From contig CALLKK010000016.1 of assembly GCA_938008435.1 (NCBI GenBank), positions 11,887-75,886 of the forward strand: 64,000 bases of DNA, given 5' to 3'. Within the stretch, counting starts at the first letter, position 1, and each line of letters begins with the position of its first letter. The notes beneath the pieces were generated by a model that was not told where the DNA came from, made no database searches, and saw nothing but the letters and a program-made list of their open reading frames with translations. Origin of the DNA: an uncultured Steroidobacter sp. (GTDB taxonomy: Bacteria; Pseudomonadota; Gammaproteobacteria; Steroidobacterales; Steroidobacteraceae). Below are positions 32,216-40,316 of the stretch, piece by piece. A program made the position numbers and the translations under genes.

Positions 32216-32246
32216 GATCCATACCTCGATTCGTCGCCGCGTCGCT

Positions 32247-33401
32247 TCAAGATCGCTGGCTCAGCTCCATCGTGCGTGCGGCGAGCTCCTTGCGGGACAA
32301 CGTTTCGAATGGATTGCGCTCGGGGGTCGCAGGCGCGCTGCCGCGCGCGGCCCGCTCGACGGGGAACGTAAGCGCGACGCGCAAGCCCGGCTCGGTGTTG
32401 GTCACGCTCACCTGACCGCGCTCGGCGTAGAGCACGCGTAACCGCTCGCAAGTGTTGCGGATACCGACGCCGCGGCCGTTTTGAATGCGCGAAGTGTCTT
32501 TGAGGCCGGGCCCGTCGTCCGCGACTTCGAGCTGCAGCATGCCGCCCGTTACGTGCGCGCCGATGCGAATGCGTCCGCCTTCCTCGCGCGGCGAGACGGC
32601 GTACTTGATCGCGTTCTCGATGAGCGGCTGCAAGAGCAGGCTCGGCATCAGCACGTCGGTCGCCGAGTCCTCGATGGCGAATTCGATGGTCAGCCGTTCG
32701 CCGAAGCGCATTTTCTCGATGTTGAGATACAAGTCGAGCGCTTCGATCTCCTGCGCGACGGTCACCTTCTTCATCGGATCCTGATCGAGCGTATAGCGCA
32801 GGAACTCCGACAGGCCGGTGACGGCTGCATTCGCCGTCGAATTGCGATTGTCGAGAATGAGCGTCGAGATGGCGTTGAGCGTGTTGAACAGAAAGTGCGG
32901 GTTGAGCTGGTAGCGCAGCATCTTGAGCTGCGCCTCTTGCGCGAGCGCCGAGGCACGCAGCGCCGCTTCACGTTCGTGCTGCATCGATTCGTAGTAGCGC
33001 ACCCCGAAGTACAGGCCCATCCAGCACGCGATGAGATAGGTCGATTGAATGCCGCCGCTGAAGAGCTCGGTCCAGTAATCGATCTGCTTCGAGGGGTCGT
33101 ACCGCTGATACGCCCAATTGACGCCGACTCGCCAGACGAGCGCATCGATGTAGGCGACCGCGAGCGCAACCGGCACCATGACCTTGAGGGACCGTCCCCA
33201 CAGCCAACGGCAGATGTAGCGCAGCGGCGCGCTCACGATGAGGCCCCACACCGTCGTGATCAGAATGACCTGGGTGTAGGCGATCGGCTTGCCGTAGAGC
33301 AGCGCGCCGAGGTACTGCGAAAAGGCGTAACCCGTCCAGCCGACGGCATGCAACGACCAGAACAAGAGGTCGCGATTCTTCTTGAGATCGGGCAGGGTCA
33401 T
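32247..33401 (-). CDS. LytS/YehU-type membrane sensor histidine kinase
   Basis: About 4 TM; LRYQLNPHFLFNTLNAI, LQPLIENAIKY, VADDGPG, GVGIRN. Confidence 0.92.
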   Translation of the reverse strand: MTLPDLKKNRDLLFWSLHAVGWTGYAFSQYLGALLYGKPIAYTQVILITTVWGLIVSAPLRYICRWLWGRSLKVMVPVALAVAYIDALVWRVGVNWAYQRYDPSKQIDYWTELFSGGIQSTYLIACWMGLYFGVRYYESMQHEREAALRASALAQEAQLKMLRYQLNPHFLFNTLNAISTLILDNRNSTANAAVTGLSEFLRYTLDQDPMKKVTVAQEIEALDLYLNIEKMRFGERLTIEFAIEDSATDVLMPSLLLQPLIENAIKYAVSPREEGGRIRIGAHVTGGMLQLEVADDGPGLKDTSRIQNGRGVGIRNTCERLRVLYAERGQVSVTNTEPGLRVALTFPVERAARGSAPATPERNPFETLSRKELAARTMELSQRS

Positions 33402-33545
33402 GCGCTGTGCTCGGCTCGGCCGCTTCGGGCAAGAAGCTCCTGAGTACCACACTGTAAGCGTCGGCGTACGGAATAGGTTTCCGTCCGCCGTTTCGGGCGC
33501 ACGCCTCGTCGCAAAGCGTCCGTTACGGCCCGGGCGCCGCCCGGG

Positions 33546-34235
33546 TTACCGGGGGCCGGCCAGCCGCTGCTCGAGCCACGCGGCGATATCCGCGATCTCC
33601 TGCATGCATACCTGGTGCTCCATCGCGTAGCTCTTCCATTCGACCGGGTAGCCCATGCCGCTCAGCAGATCGTGCGAGAGCCGGCCCGCGAGCGGCGGGA
33701 CGATCGGATCGAAGTTGCCGTGGCACATCAGGATCGGGGTGTGCCGGTTGGCTTCGGCAGCCTGCTGCGCCAACGTGTCGCGCAGGGGCAGGTACGTCGA
33801 CAGCGCGAGAATGCCCGCAAGCGTCTGACCGTATCGCAGGCCCGTGTGCAGCGCGATCGCGCCGCCTTGGGAGAAACCCGCGAGCACGATGGCGCTCGCC
33901 GGCACGCCGCGCGCCAGCTCGCGCTCGATGAAGCGGTGCACCGTACGCTCCGATTCACGAATGCCGGCGTCGTCTTCCAGGCGCGTGATCTCGAAGCTGC
34001 GAATGTCGTACCAGGCGCGCATGACATAGCCATTGTTGATCGTGACCGGGCGCTGCGGCGCATGCGGGAAGACGAAGCGTGCCGCCACTGCGCTAGAAAG
34101 CTTGAGTTCCTCCACGATGGGCACGAAGTCGTAGCCATCCGCGCCGAGACCGTGCAACCAGATGACCGCGGAGGTGGCAGGCGCGGCGGGTTCGAGGACG
34201 ACGGCTTCTTCCGATTCGTGGGACGTATAGGGCAT
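33546..34235 (-). CDS. Phospholipase/carboxylesterase (alpha/beta hydrolase)
   Basis: IWLHGLGADG, FPHAP, RAWYDI, GFSQGG, HGNFDPIV, MEHQV. Confidence 0.92.
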   Translation of the reverse strand: MPYTSHESEEAVVLEPAAPATSAVIWLHGLGADGYDFVPIVEELKLSSAVAARFVFPHAPQRPVTINNGYVMRAWYDIRSFEITRLEDDAGIRESERTVHRFIERELARGVPASAIVLAGFSQGGAIALHTGLRYGQTLAGILALSTYLPLRDTLAQQAAEANRHTPILMCHGNFDPIVPPLAGRLSHDLLSGMGYPVEWKSYAMEHQVCMQEIADIAAWLEQRLAGPR

Positions 34236-34332
34236 GGTGCTGAGTTCGAACGACGCGTGGCGCACGCGGCGTGACCGCAGCGTGCGGCGAATGAAACGAG
34301 CGGCAATGCTACCGCAGCGGCGGGACGCGCGC

Positions 34333-36375
34333 TCAGGCGACTTGCTTGATCAGCAGCTCCTTCATGGCCGCTTGCAGCTCCGCCATATCGAAGGGCTTGC
34401 GCAATTGCGGCGCGTCGCCGACCGCGGCACGCAGCGCGTTGCTGTCGGCGTAGCCCGAGACGATGAGAATGCGCAGCTCAGGCTGCAGATCGCGGGCGAT
34501 GCGCGCGACTTCCGCGCCGTTGATGCCGGGCATCGCGAAGTCCACGATGAGCACATCGAAGGCTTGCCGGTGCAGCAGCTCGACTGCGGCGTTGCCTTCC
34601 GATGCCTCCGTGACTTGATAGCCGAGCGTGCGCAACGACTCGGTCATGAAGCGGCGGACGAGCCGATCGTCGTCGACGACGAGCACGCGCACGCTTGCCT
34701 CCTCCCCGGAGGCAGCCGGCGATTCGTGTGCGTGCGGTCGCGTGGACGGCACCCAAGTGCTCTCGCACGCGCGCGGCAGCGTCAGACGCACCGTCGTGCC
34801 TTTTCCTACGGCGCTGTCGATCGCGAGCGTGCCGCCGCTCTCGCGCACGACGCCGTAGACCTGCGAGAGACCGAGCCCCGTACCTTGGCCGATCGGCTTC
34901 GTGGTGAAGAAAGGCTCGATGGCGCGCAAGCGCACTTCTTCGGGCATGCCGCAACCGGTGTCGCGCACCTCGATATCGACGTAATCGCCCGGTGCCAGCC
35001 CCCGTTGTTCGCCCGATACCGGGCGGGCGGTGATGGTGAGCGTGCCCGCGCCGTTCATGGCATCGCGCGCGTTGACGGCCAGATTGAGCAGCGCAAGCTC
35101 GAGCTGATTGGCGTCGCTCACGACGGAAGTGGCGTCGGGGTCGATTGCGATCTCGATCTTGATGGCAGGTCCGACGGACTGCGCGAGCAACCCGCTCATG
35201 CCGTTCAATAGCCGCTGTAGATCGATCCGGCGAATCGCCATGCGCTGTTCACGAGAGAACGCGAGCAGCTGCGCAGCCAGCTTGGCCCCGCGACGAGCGC
35301 CTTCGAGCGCATTGGCCGCGAGCCGCTGCAGACGTTCGTCGCCGGCGGCACGCGCGTGGATCATGTCGAGGTTGCCGATGATCGCGGTCAGCAGATTGTT
35401 GAAGTCGTGGGCAATGCCGCCGGTGAGCTGACCGACGGCTTCCATCTTCTGCGATTGCTTCAAGACCTCTTCGGCGCGGCGCCGCTCGGCCATGATGCGC
35501 AGGATGAGCACCACGAGAATGCCGCCGAGCACGGTGGCGCCGAGCCCGGCCAGGGCCGCCACCATGATGGACCACGTGATCGGCCCATCGATGAGCGCCG
35601 ACGGCACGGCGACGTGAGTGGACCACTGCGTGCGCGCGGAGGTGTCATGCGCGCTATAGCTCTTGTGCCCGCCCTCGGTTTCGCCCAGATAAGACCCGCG
35701 CGGCCGCTGCGCGAGCGCCTCCCGGATGACGCCAGGTGCAGGCGTGCCGACCGTGTCGGCTTGTTCGTCGCTGCGCGCAACGATGAAGCCGCGGCGATCC
35801 ACCAGCACCGCCGTCGCTTCGCTCGGCACGATCGAGCGCAGAATCGCGTGAAAGACTTCGGCACGGATCGCTGCGCCGAGCACGTATGGAATATGTCCGT
35901 CATCGTGGACGGGGACGTAGAGCCAGACGACGGGTTCCCCGTTGCGCTCGACGTCTCCGACCCAGTCTCCCTGTGCGGCAAGCACGTGTCCGACGGCATC
36001 CACGTGGAGCGGCGCAAGCGGAGCGCCGCTTGCTTTTTCGAAGCTCTCCAGCCGCTCGAGCTGCACCGGATCGAGCAACTGCACCGTCACCCAATCCACG
36101 TTGCCGGCGAGCAGACTATTCGCATGCGCGCGAAAGGCGTTCCAATCTTCTTCCTTGAGGGCGGACGATTCGGCGAGCACGTGCAGCACGGCAAGGTCGC
36201 GCTCGATGCGCGCATCCACGAGCGCCATCGCATGTTCGGCGCGGGTGAGATTCGTCCGTTCGAACCGCTCCCGTTCGCTGCGATGCAGGTAGAACACCCC
36301 GAGCGCCGCAACGACCACCGTCGGGAGGATTGCGGCCGCGCCGAGCGCGACGAGCGAGCGCCGAAATACCTTCAT
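34333..36375 (-). CDS. Hybrid sensor histidine kinase/response regulator with periplasmic Cache-like sensor
   Basis: Two TMs; GGIAHDFNNLL, QLELALLNLAVNARDAM, DTGCGM, FFTTK, GTGLGL; REC VDDD, IVDFAMP, KPF. Confidence 0.92.
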   Translation of the reverse strand: MKVFRRSLVALGAAAILPTVVVAALGVFYLHRSERERFERTNLTRAEHAMALVDARIERDLAVLHVLAESSALKEEDWNAFRAHANSLLAGNVDWVTVQLLDPVQLERLESFEKASGAPLAPLHVDAVGHVLAAQGDWVGDVERNGEPVVWLYVPVHDDGHIPYVLGAAIRAEVFHAILRSIVPSEATAVLVDRRGFIVARSDEQADTVGTPAPGVIREALAQRPRGSYLGETEGGHKSYSAHDTSARTQWSTHVAVPSALIDGPITWSIMVAALAGLGATVLGGILVVLILRIMAERRRAEEVLKQSQKMEAVGQLTGGIAHDFNNLLTAIIGNLDMIHARAAGDERLQRLAANALEGARRGAKLAAQLLAFSREQRMAIRRIDLQRLLNGMSGLLAQSVGPAIKIEIAIDPDATSVVSDANQLELALLNLAVNARDAMNGAGTLTITARPVSGEQRGLAPGDYVDIEVRDTGCGMPEEVRLRAIEPFFTTKPIGQGTGLGLSQVYGVVRESGGTLAIDSAVGKGTTVRLTLPRACESTWVPSTRPHAHESPAASGEEASVRVLVVDDDRLVRRFMTESLRTLGYQVTEASEGNAAVELLHRQAFDVLIVDFAMPGINGAEVARIARDLQPELRILIVSGYADSNALRAAVGDAPQLRKPFDMAELQAAMKELLIKQVA

Positions 36376-36588
36376 TGGTTGTTCTCTTCCCTAGAGCCGC
36401 CGCCGTGGTGCAGCGAGTCCAACTCGTCCACAGCGCGCAAGTGTATACGACGAAGTCGCGCTTAGCGCGGGGCGTCAGTGGATGGGATGGCCTAAGAGGA
36501 CTACAGACGATTCGGCAGCAGGCTGCTAGCATCGCTGCCAAATCACCAGGGAGAAGGCACGCGCAGCCAGCAGCCGCGCCGAAGAATC

Positions 36589-36981
36589 ATGCGCTCACGA
36601 CTCATGCATGCCTGCGCGGCCTGCGCGACGTTCTGCGTCGTGGCGGCAGCATATGGGCTGACGACCGGCGTGCCGGTCGAGCGCTTTCATGTTGCGCTCT
36701 GGAGCGCGGCAGGCGTCGCCTCTTATATCGCGCTTTCTTACTTGTTCGGTTTCGACCCGTATCGCTCGCGCGTGGCCAGTGGCACGCGTCTTTGGGTACG
36801 TTACGTCGATCGCTGGGAGCTGCGTTCGGGACAAGCGACGCTGGCGATGCTCGGCTTGATGGTGGTGTGCGCACGACTCTTCGATCCGTCGCGCTTCGTC
36901 GCTGCGGTCGTCAGCAGCACATTGTCTGCCTGGACCTATTTCACTTGGCGGCTCTACGCCGGGGGATACGACATCAAATAA
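36589..36981 (+). CDS. Hypothetical small membrane protein (about 4 TM)
   Basis: Four hydrophobic segments in an otherwise gene-free gap. Many A/T-ending codons, unlike neighbouring genes. Confidence 0.45.
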   Translation: MRSRLMHACAACATFCVVAAAYGLTTGVPVERFHVALWSAAGVASYIALSYLFGFDPYRSRVASGTRLWVRYVDRWELRSGQATLAMLGLMVVCARLFDPSRFVAAVVSSTLSAWTYFTWRLYAGGYDIK

Positions 36982-37088
36982 CACACGCTGCGCCAGGTAG
37001 AGGCCGCCGAGCATCAGAGGAGCGGCCGGCTTTCGGCAACGCGTCGCCTGTGATATTCCACCCGAGCGTGATTGTCACGAGAGAAGAA

Positions 37089-37168
37089 GTCACTCCGGGA
37101 AGTGCATCCTGCAGCGCCTGAGGTCGTGAGGGGGCTCATGGAGACTCGACGGCGCATCCCGGAGTGAC
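37089..37168. repeat. Long inverted repeat / branched hairpin
   Basis: GTCACTCCGGGA (37089-37100) pairs perfectly with TCCCGGAGTGAC (37157-37168). Internal TGAG-GGGG-CTCA hairpin. Confidence 0.7.
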
Positions 37169-37192
37169 AACCGATCGCAGCATGCGGTGCGC

Positions 37193-37516
37193 TCAGTGAG
37201 CGGCCGCTGCCATCTGCGGCAAGGCGCCCTTGAGCATCACGCTCTTGCCATCGCTGCTGACGATGCAAGTCGCGGCTGCAAACGTCTTACCCGAACGAGC
37301 GCCTTTCGCTTCGAGCGTGATGCGTTGCGCACGCACGCCGGTGAACGGGCTCGTCGCATCGATCTTGCGAATGCGCACCGTGCGATCCTTCGGCACGTGC
37401 TGCGCGACGAAGGCATCGATGCATGCATTCATCACGTCGTCTGCGCGCGCAGCAGGCGTGCCGAGCGCGAGCGCAACCGCCGTCGTCGATACCAAACTCA
37501 AGACTCGCTTGTTCAT
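37193..37516 (-). CDS. Small secreted hypothetical protein with two Cys
   Basis: Sec signal MNKRVLSLVSTTAVALALGTPAARA; NACIDAFV and ATCIVS; GGAGG SD upstream. Confidence 0.75.
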   Translation of the reverse strand: MNKRVLSLVSTTAVALALGTPAARADDVMNACIDAFVAQHVPKDRTVRIRKIDATSPFTGVRAQRITLEAKGARSGKTFAAATCIVSSDGKSVMLKGALPQMAAAAH

Positions 37517-37548
37517 CGTCGTGACCTCCAATAGTGGGCGACGATGTC

Positions 37549-37577
37549 AATCTATGAATGCTGCTCGCATCTCACAA
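37549..37577 (-). promoter_or_regulatory. sigma70-like promoter with palindromic operator for the small secreted protein
   Basis: Minus strand TTGTGA-17 nt-TAGATT. The spacer carries the near-palindrome TGAATGC-TGCTC-GCATCTCA. Confidence 0.45.
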
Positions 37578-37609
37578 ACGATCATTCTTGAGGCTTGCAT
37601 CGAAGAAAT

Positions 37610-38491
37610 TCATGCGGCGGCTCCGAACTCTTGCACGATCCAATCGGTCAATGCCTGGATGTCGGCGCGCTCGGCATCCTGGGTACGCAGGATCAAGTAA
37701 TAGCTCTCGCCGGTGTGCAGCTCGGTGTCGAACACCTTGGTGAGCGTGCCTTGCGCGAAGCGTTCATTCGCAAGACGCGTCGAGACGAGCGCGATGCCGG
37801 CGCCGTGCTCGGCTGCTTCGGCGGCCGCGTACATGGTGTCGAAACGCAGAATCTTCTTGGGGCGCAGGGTCACGCCGAGCGCTTCGCTCCATTGCTGCCA
37901 GCCGTTGCGGCGTGCCTCGTGCACGATGAGCGAATGCTCGTTCAGATCTTCGACGCGCTTGACCGGAAGCCGCTCGAGCAGCGCGGGCGCAGCCGCCGGC
38001 ACGAACGACTGCGAGAACAATCTGTGCGCGGCATAGCCAAGCTCGGGTGCAGTGCCGACGATGATGGAAAGATCGGCATCGGCCGGATGCGACTGCTGCG
38101 GCGCGAGCACCGTGTTGATGTGAATGTCGGTATCCGGTTGGCGATCGAGAAAGCGCTGCAGCCGCGGCAGCAGCATCTCGGTCGCGAAGAACGGCGGCAC
38201 GTGCAGGCGCACGACGCCGCGGCCGTGACTGATGCGCAGTTGCTCCGTAACCGTTTCGAGCCGCGCGAACACCTCTTCGACGTGACGCAGGTAATTCTTA
38301 CCGGCTTCGGTCAACGTGATCGATTGCGGGCCGCGTTCGAACAGCGTAATGCCAAGCTGCGTCTCGAGCGTCTTGATCTGATGGCTGACGGCGGAAGGCG
38401 TGATGAACAGCTCTTCCGCAGCCGCTTTGAAACTGAGCCGCGTGGCGGCCACCTGGAAGGTCTTCAGGAACTTGAGCGAAGGCAGGCGCAT
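37610..38491 (-). CDS. LysR family regulator (GcvA-like)
   Basis: LPSLKFLKTFQVAATRLSFKAAAEELFITPSAVSHQIKTLE HTH plus substrate-binding domain. Confidence 0.93.
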   Translation of the reverse strand: MRLPSLKFLKTFQVAATRLSFKAAAEELFITPSAVSHQIKTLETQLGITLFERGPQSITLTEAGKNYLRHVEEVFARLETVTEQLRISHGRGVVRLHVPPFFATEMLLPRLQRFLDRQPDTDIHINTVLAPQQSHPADADLSIIVGTAPELGYAAHRLFSQSFVPAAAPALLERLPVKRVEDLNEHSLIVHEARRNGWQQWSEALGVTLRPKKILRFDTMYAAAEAAEHGAGIALVSTRLANERFAQGTLTKVFDTELHTGESYYLILRTQDAERADIQALTDWIVQEFGAAA

Positions 38492-38716
38492 ACGATGCAC
38501 CTCCGAGAATGAGAGCGATTAGAGCCGGACGGATCCCGAGATCAGCACATGCCCGACAGGCGCGGGTCGGCGGAACAGAACTTCGCGACAACAAAGCTCA
38601 TGCAGTCCATGGCTCGAATGGAACGATGATCGATACCCGAGAGCGAGCAAATTGCATGCCGAGACCGGCGTGAAGAGCAGGACAAGCGGCAGTCCGCTGA
38701 AACGCTCGCTCAGTAG

Positions 38717-38771
38717 CGCATCTGCGCCGTCATGGCGCGGCAAATGAACGCATCTGCGCCGTGACGGTGCG
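38717..38771. repeat. Two-copy direct repeat, 32-bp period, each copy with a hairpin
   Basis: CGCATCTGCGCCGTCATGGCGCG (38717) and CGCATCTGCGCCGTGACGGTGCG (38749). Confidence 0.6.
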
Positions 38772-38845
38772 CGCGCAGCGCAGCGCGCGAACGAAAAGTA
38801 CCCATCCGGACAAGCGGATGCCGTCGCGCGGTGCGCAATATTGCG

Positions 38846-39664
38846 TCAGGCGACGCTGTCGTTGCCGTAAACGAGCGGTACCGCGGCTTCGGGCGTCAGC
38901 ACACGAAACGTGAAGCTCTCTTGGAGATAGAGCAGCACGGACGTGCTCGTGTGATCGAGATAGCCGATCGAAAAATCCTGTCCGACGGTGAGCTCGAAAT
39001 CGCCGCCGCGCAGGCTCAGCACGACGGCGCCGTCCGCGGCAGGCGCCCAGACGATGGGGCCGTCGAGCAGCTCGCGCACGTGATTGATGATCGGATAACC
39101 GCGCGTCGTGCTGCGCGTAAGGCCCGTGTAACAGCGCGGCCCCAGGGCGATGCCGTACGGGCCTTCCACGCCTTCGCTGCGCAGGCGATGCGTGGCTTCG
39201 GCCACGATGTCGGGATAGTGCTCATAGCTTTCCGGGATCGTCAGCGCCCGCTGCCGCGCAGCCGGGAAGATGCCTTCGATTCCCGCTGCCCGATAGCCCT
39301 GGAAGATGGCGCGATCCTCGGCGATGGCGGCCGCGCGGGCGGCGTTGCGCACAGGATCCAAGTCGGCATCGCGTGCGCCGCGGCCGATGGCGTCGATTTC
39401 ATCGCGCGAGAGCTCGAACGGAATGCGGATCTCGATCAGCGGTTGCGACAGCCGCATCCGAGTGACCACGCCGTCTTGCAGCGCTTCGGTGAGCTTTTCC
39501 GTTCGCCCCGTCGGAATGGCCGCTGCGTCCCAACCGAGCGGCCCGACGAAGTCGACGAAGCGGCGCGCTGCAAGCAGGAGCTTGAGCGTGCGCTTCGCTT
39601 CGGCATCGATCTCCGCCCAAGCCGCATCGTGAATCGGCGCTTGTTCGCGCAACAGCGGATTCAT
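38846..39664 (-). CDS. Family 1 encapsulin shell protein (Linocin M18-like)
   Basis: MNPLLREQAPI...W.EID.EA, AARRFVDFVGPLG, AAIAEDRAIF, GPYGIALG, VLSLRGGDFELTVGQDFSIGY, ESFTFRV. Confidence 0.95.
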   Translation of the reverse strand: MNPLLREQAPIHDAAWAEIDAEAKRTLKLLLAARRFVDFVGPLGWDAAAIPTGRTEKLTEALQDGVVTRMRLSQPLIEIRIPFELSRDEIDAIGRGARDADLDPVRNAARAAAIAEDRAIFQGYRAAGIEGIFPAARQRALTIPESYEHYPDIVAEATHRLRSEGVEGPYGIALGPRCYTGLTRSTTRGYPIINHVRELLDGPIVWAPAADGAVVLSLRGGDFELTVGQDFSIGYLDHTSTSVLLYLQESFTFRVLTPEAAVPLVYGNDSVA

Positions 39665-40053
39665 GGCCCAACCCTCGTCGTGCGCAGGCTGCCGATTCCG
39701 AGCGAGCCGTCGTTGCTGCTGCGCGCGTCGCCGTTGGCCGCAGCCTGATCGCCGGCCTCTTCGATCTCGAGCACCGGTCGGTCGGTGAAGAGATACGTGC
39801 GCAGATGCTCATCGAACGCAGGATCGTGACGCCGCAGCCATTCGAGCGTCATGGCTGCGTGTTCCTTTTCTTCGTCGCGATTGTGTCTGAGGATGGCCTT
39901 GAGCTCTGCGTCCCGTGCCGCTTCGAGGCGCTGGTCGTACCAGTCGATCGCTTCGAGCTCTTCCATGATCGAGACGATCGCACGGTGTCTGTCGATCGTC
40001 GCGGCGCTGAGTTGTTCGGGATTTTCGTGAAGCGTCGCGCTACTGCCGGCCAT
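39661..40053 (-). CDS. Encapsulated ferritin-like cargo (Flp/EncFtn) with targeting peptide
   Basis: DRHRAIVSIMEELEAIDWYDQR and HNRDEEKEH ferroxidase-centre motifs; C-terminal cargo-loading peptide DGSLGIGSLR. ATGA overlap with the encapsulin start. Confidence 0.95.
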   Translation of the reverse strand: MAGSSATLHENPEQLSAATIDRHRAIVSIMEELEAIDWYDQRLEAARDAELKAILRHNRDEEKEHAAMTLEWLRRHDPAFDEHLRTYLFTDRPVLEIEEAGDQAAANGDARSSNDGSLGIGSLRTTRVGP

Positions 40054-40316
40054 AGAGCTCGATCCTCCGCTAATCGACGACGATTCGACGTCGCGGCGAG
40101 TGCCCGCGGCGTCGGCTGATTGCTTGCAGCTCATTACGCGCGAGCGGCCGTAGTGTTCCGGGCGGGCTGCCGGTAGGTATTTTCCGTGTGGCCGAGTCAC
40201 GCAACGGTCACGCCGCGGCAGCGGGTCGAGGACGTCGAGCGGCGTGCGCGGCGATCCAGCTTTCTTTGCGCCTTCCGCGCTTGCGTCGCCACGCTCCGAT
40301 CCTCTATTAGTGAGCC

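Noticed and set aside
40054-40316. Fur box or sigma54 promoter between the encapsulin and MoxR operons
   Set aside because: No GATAATGAT-like palindrome is present, and the best GG...GC pair is one base short of the -24/-12 spacing.
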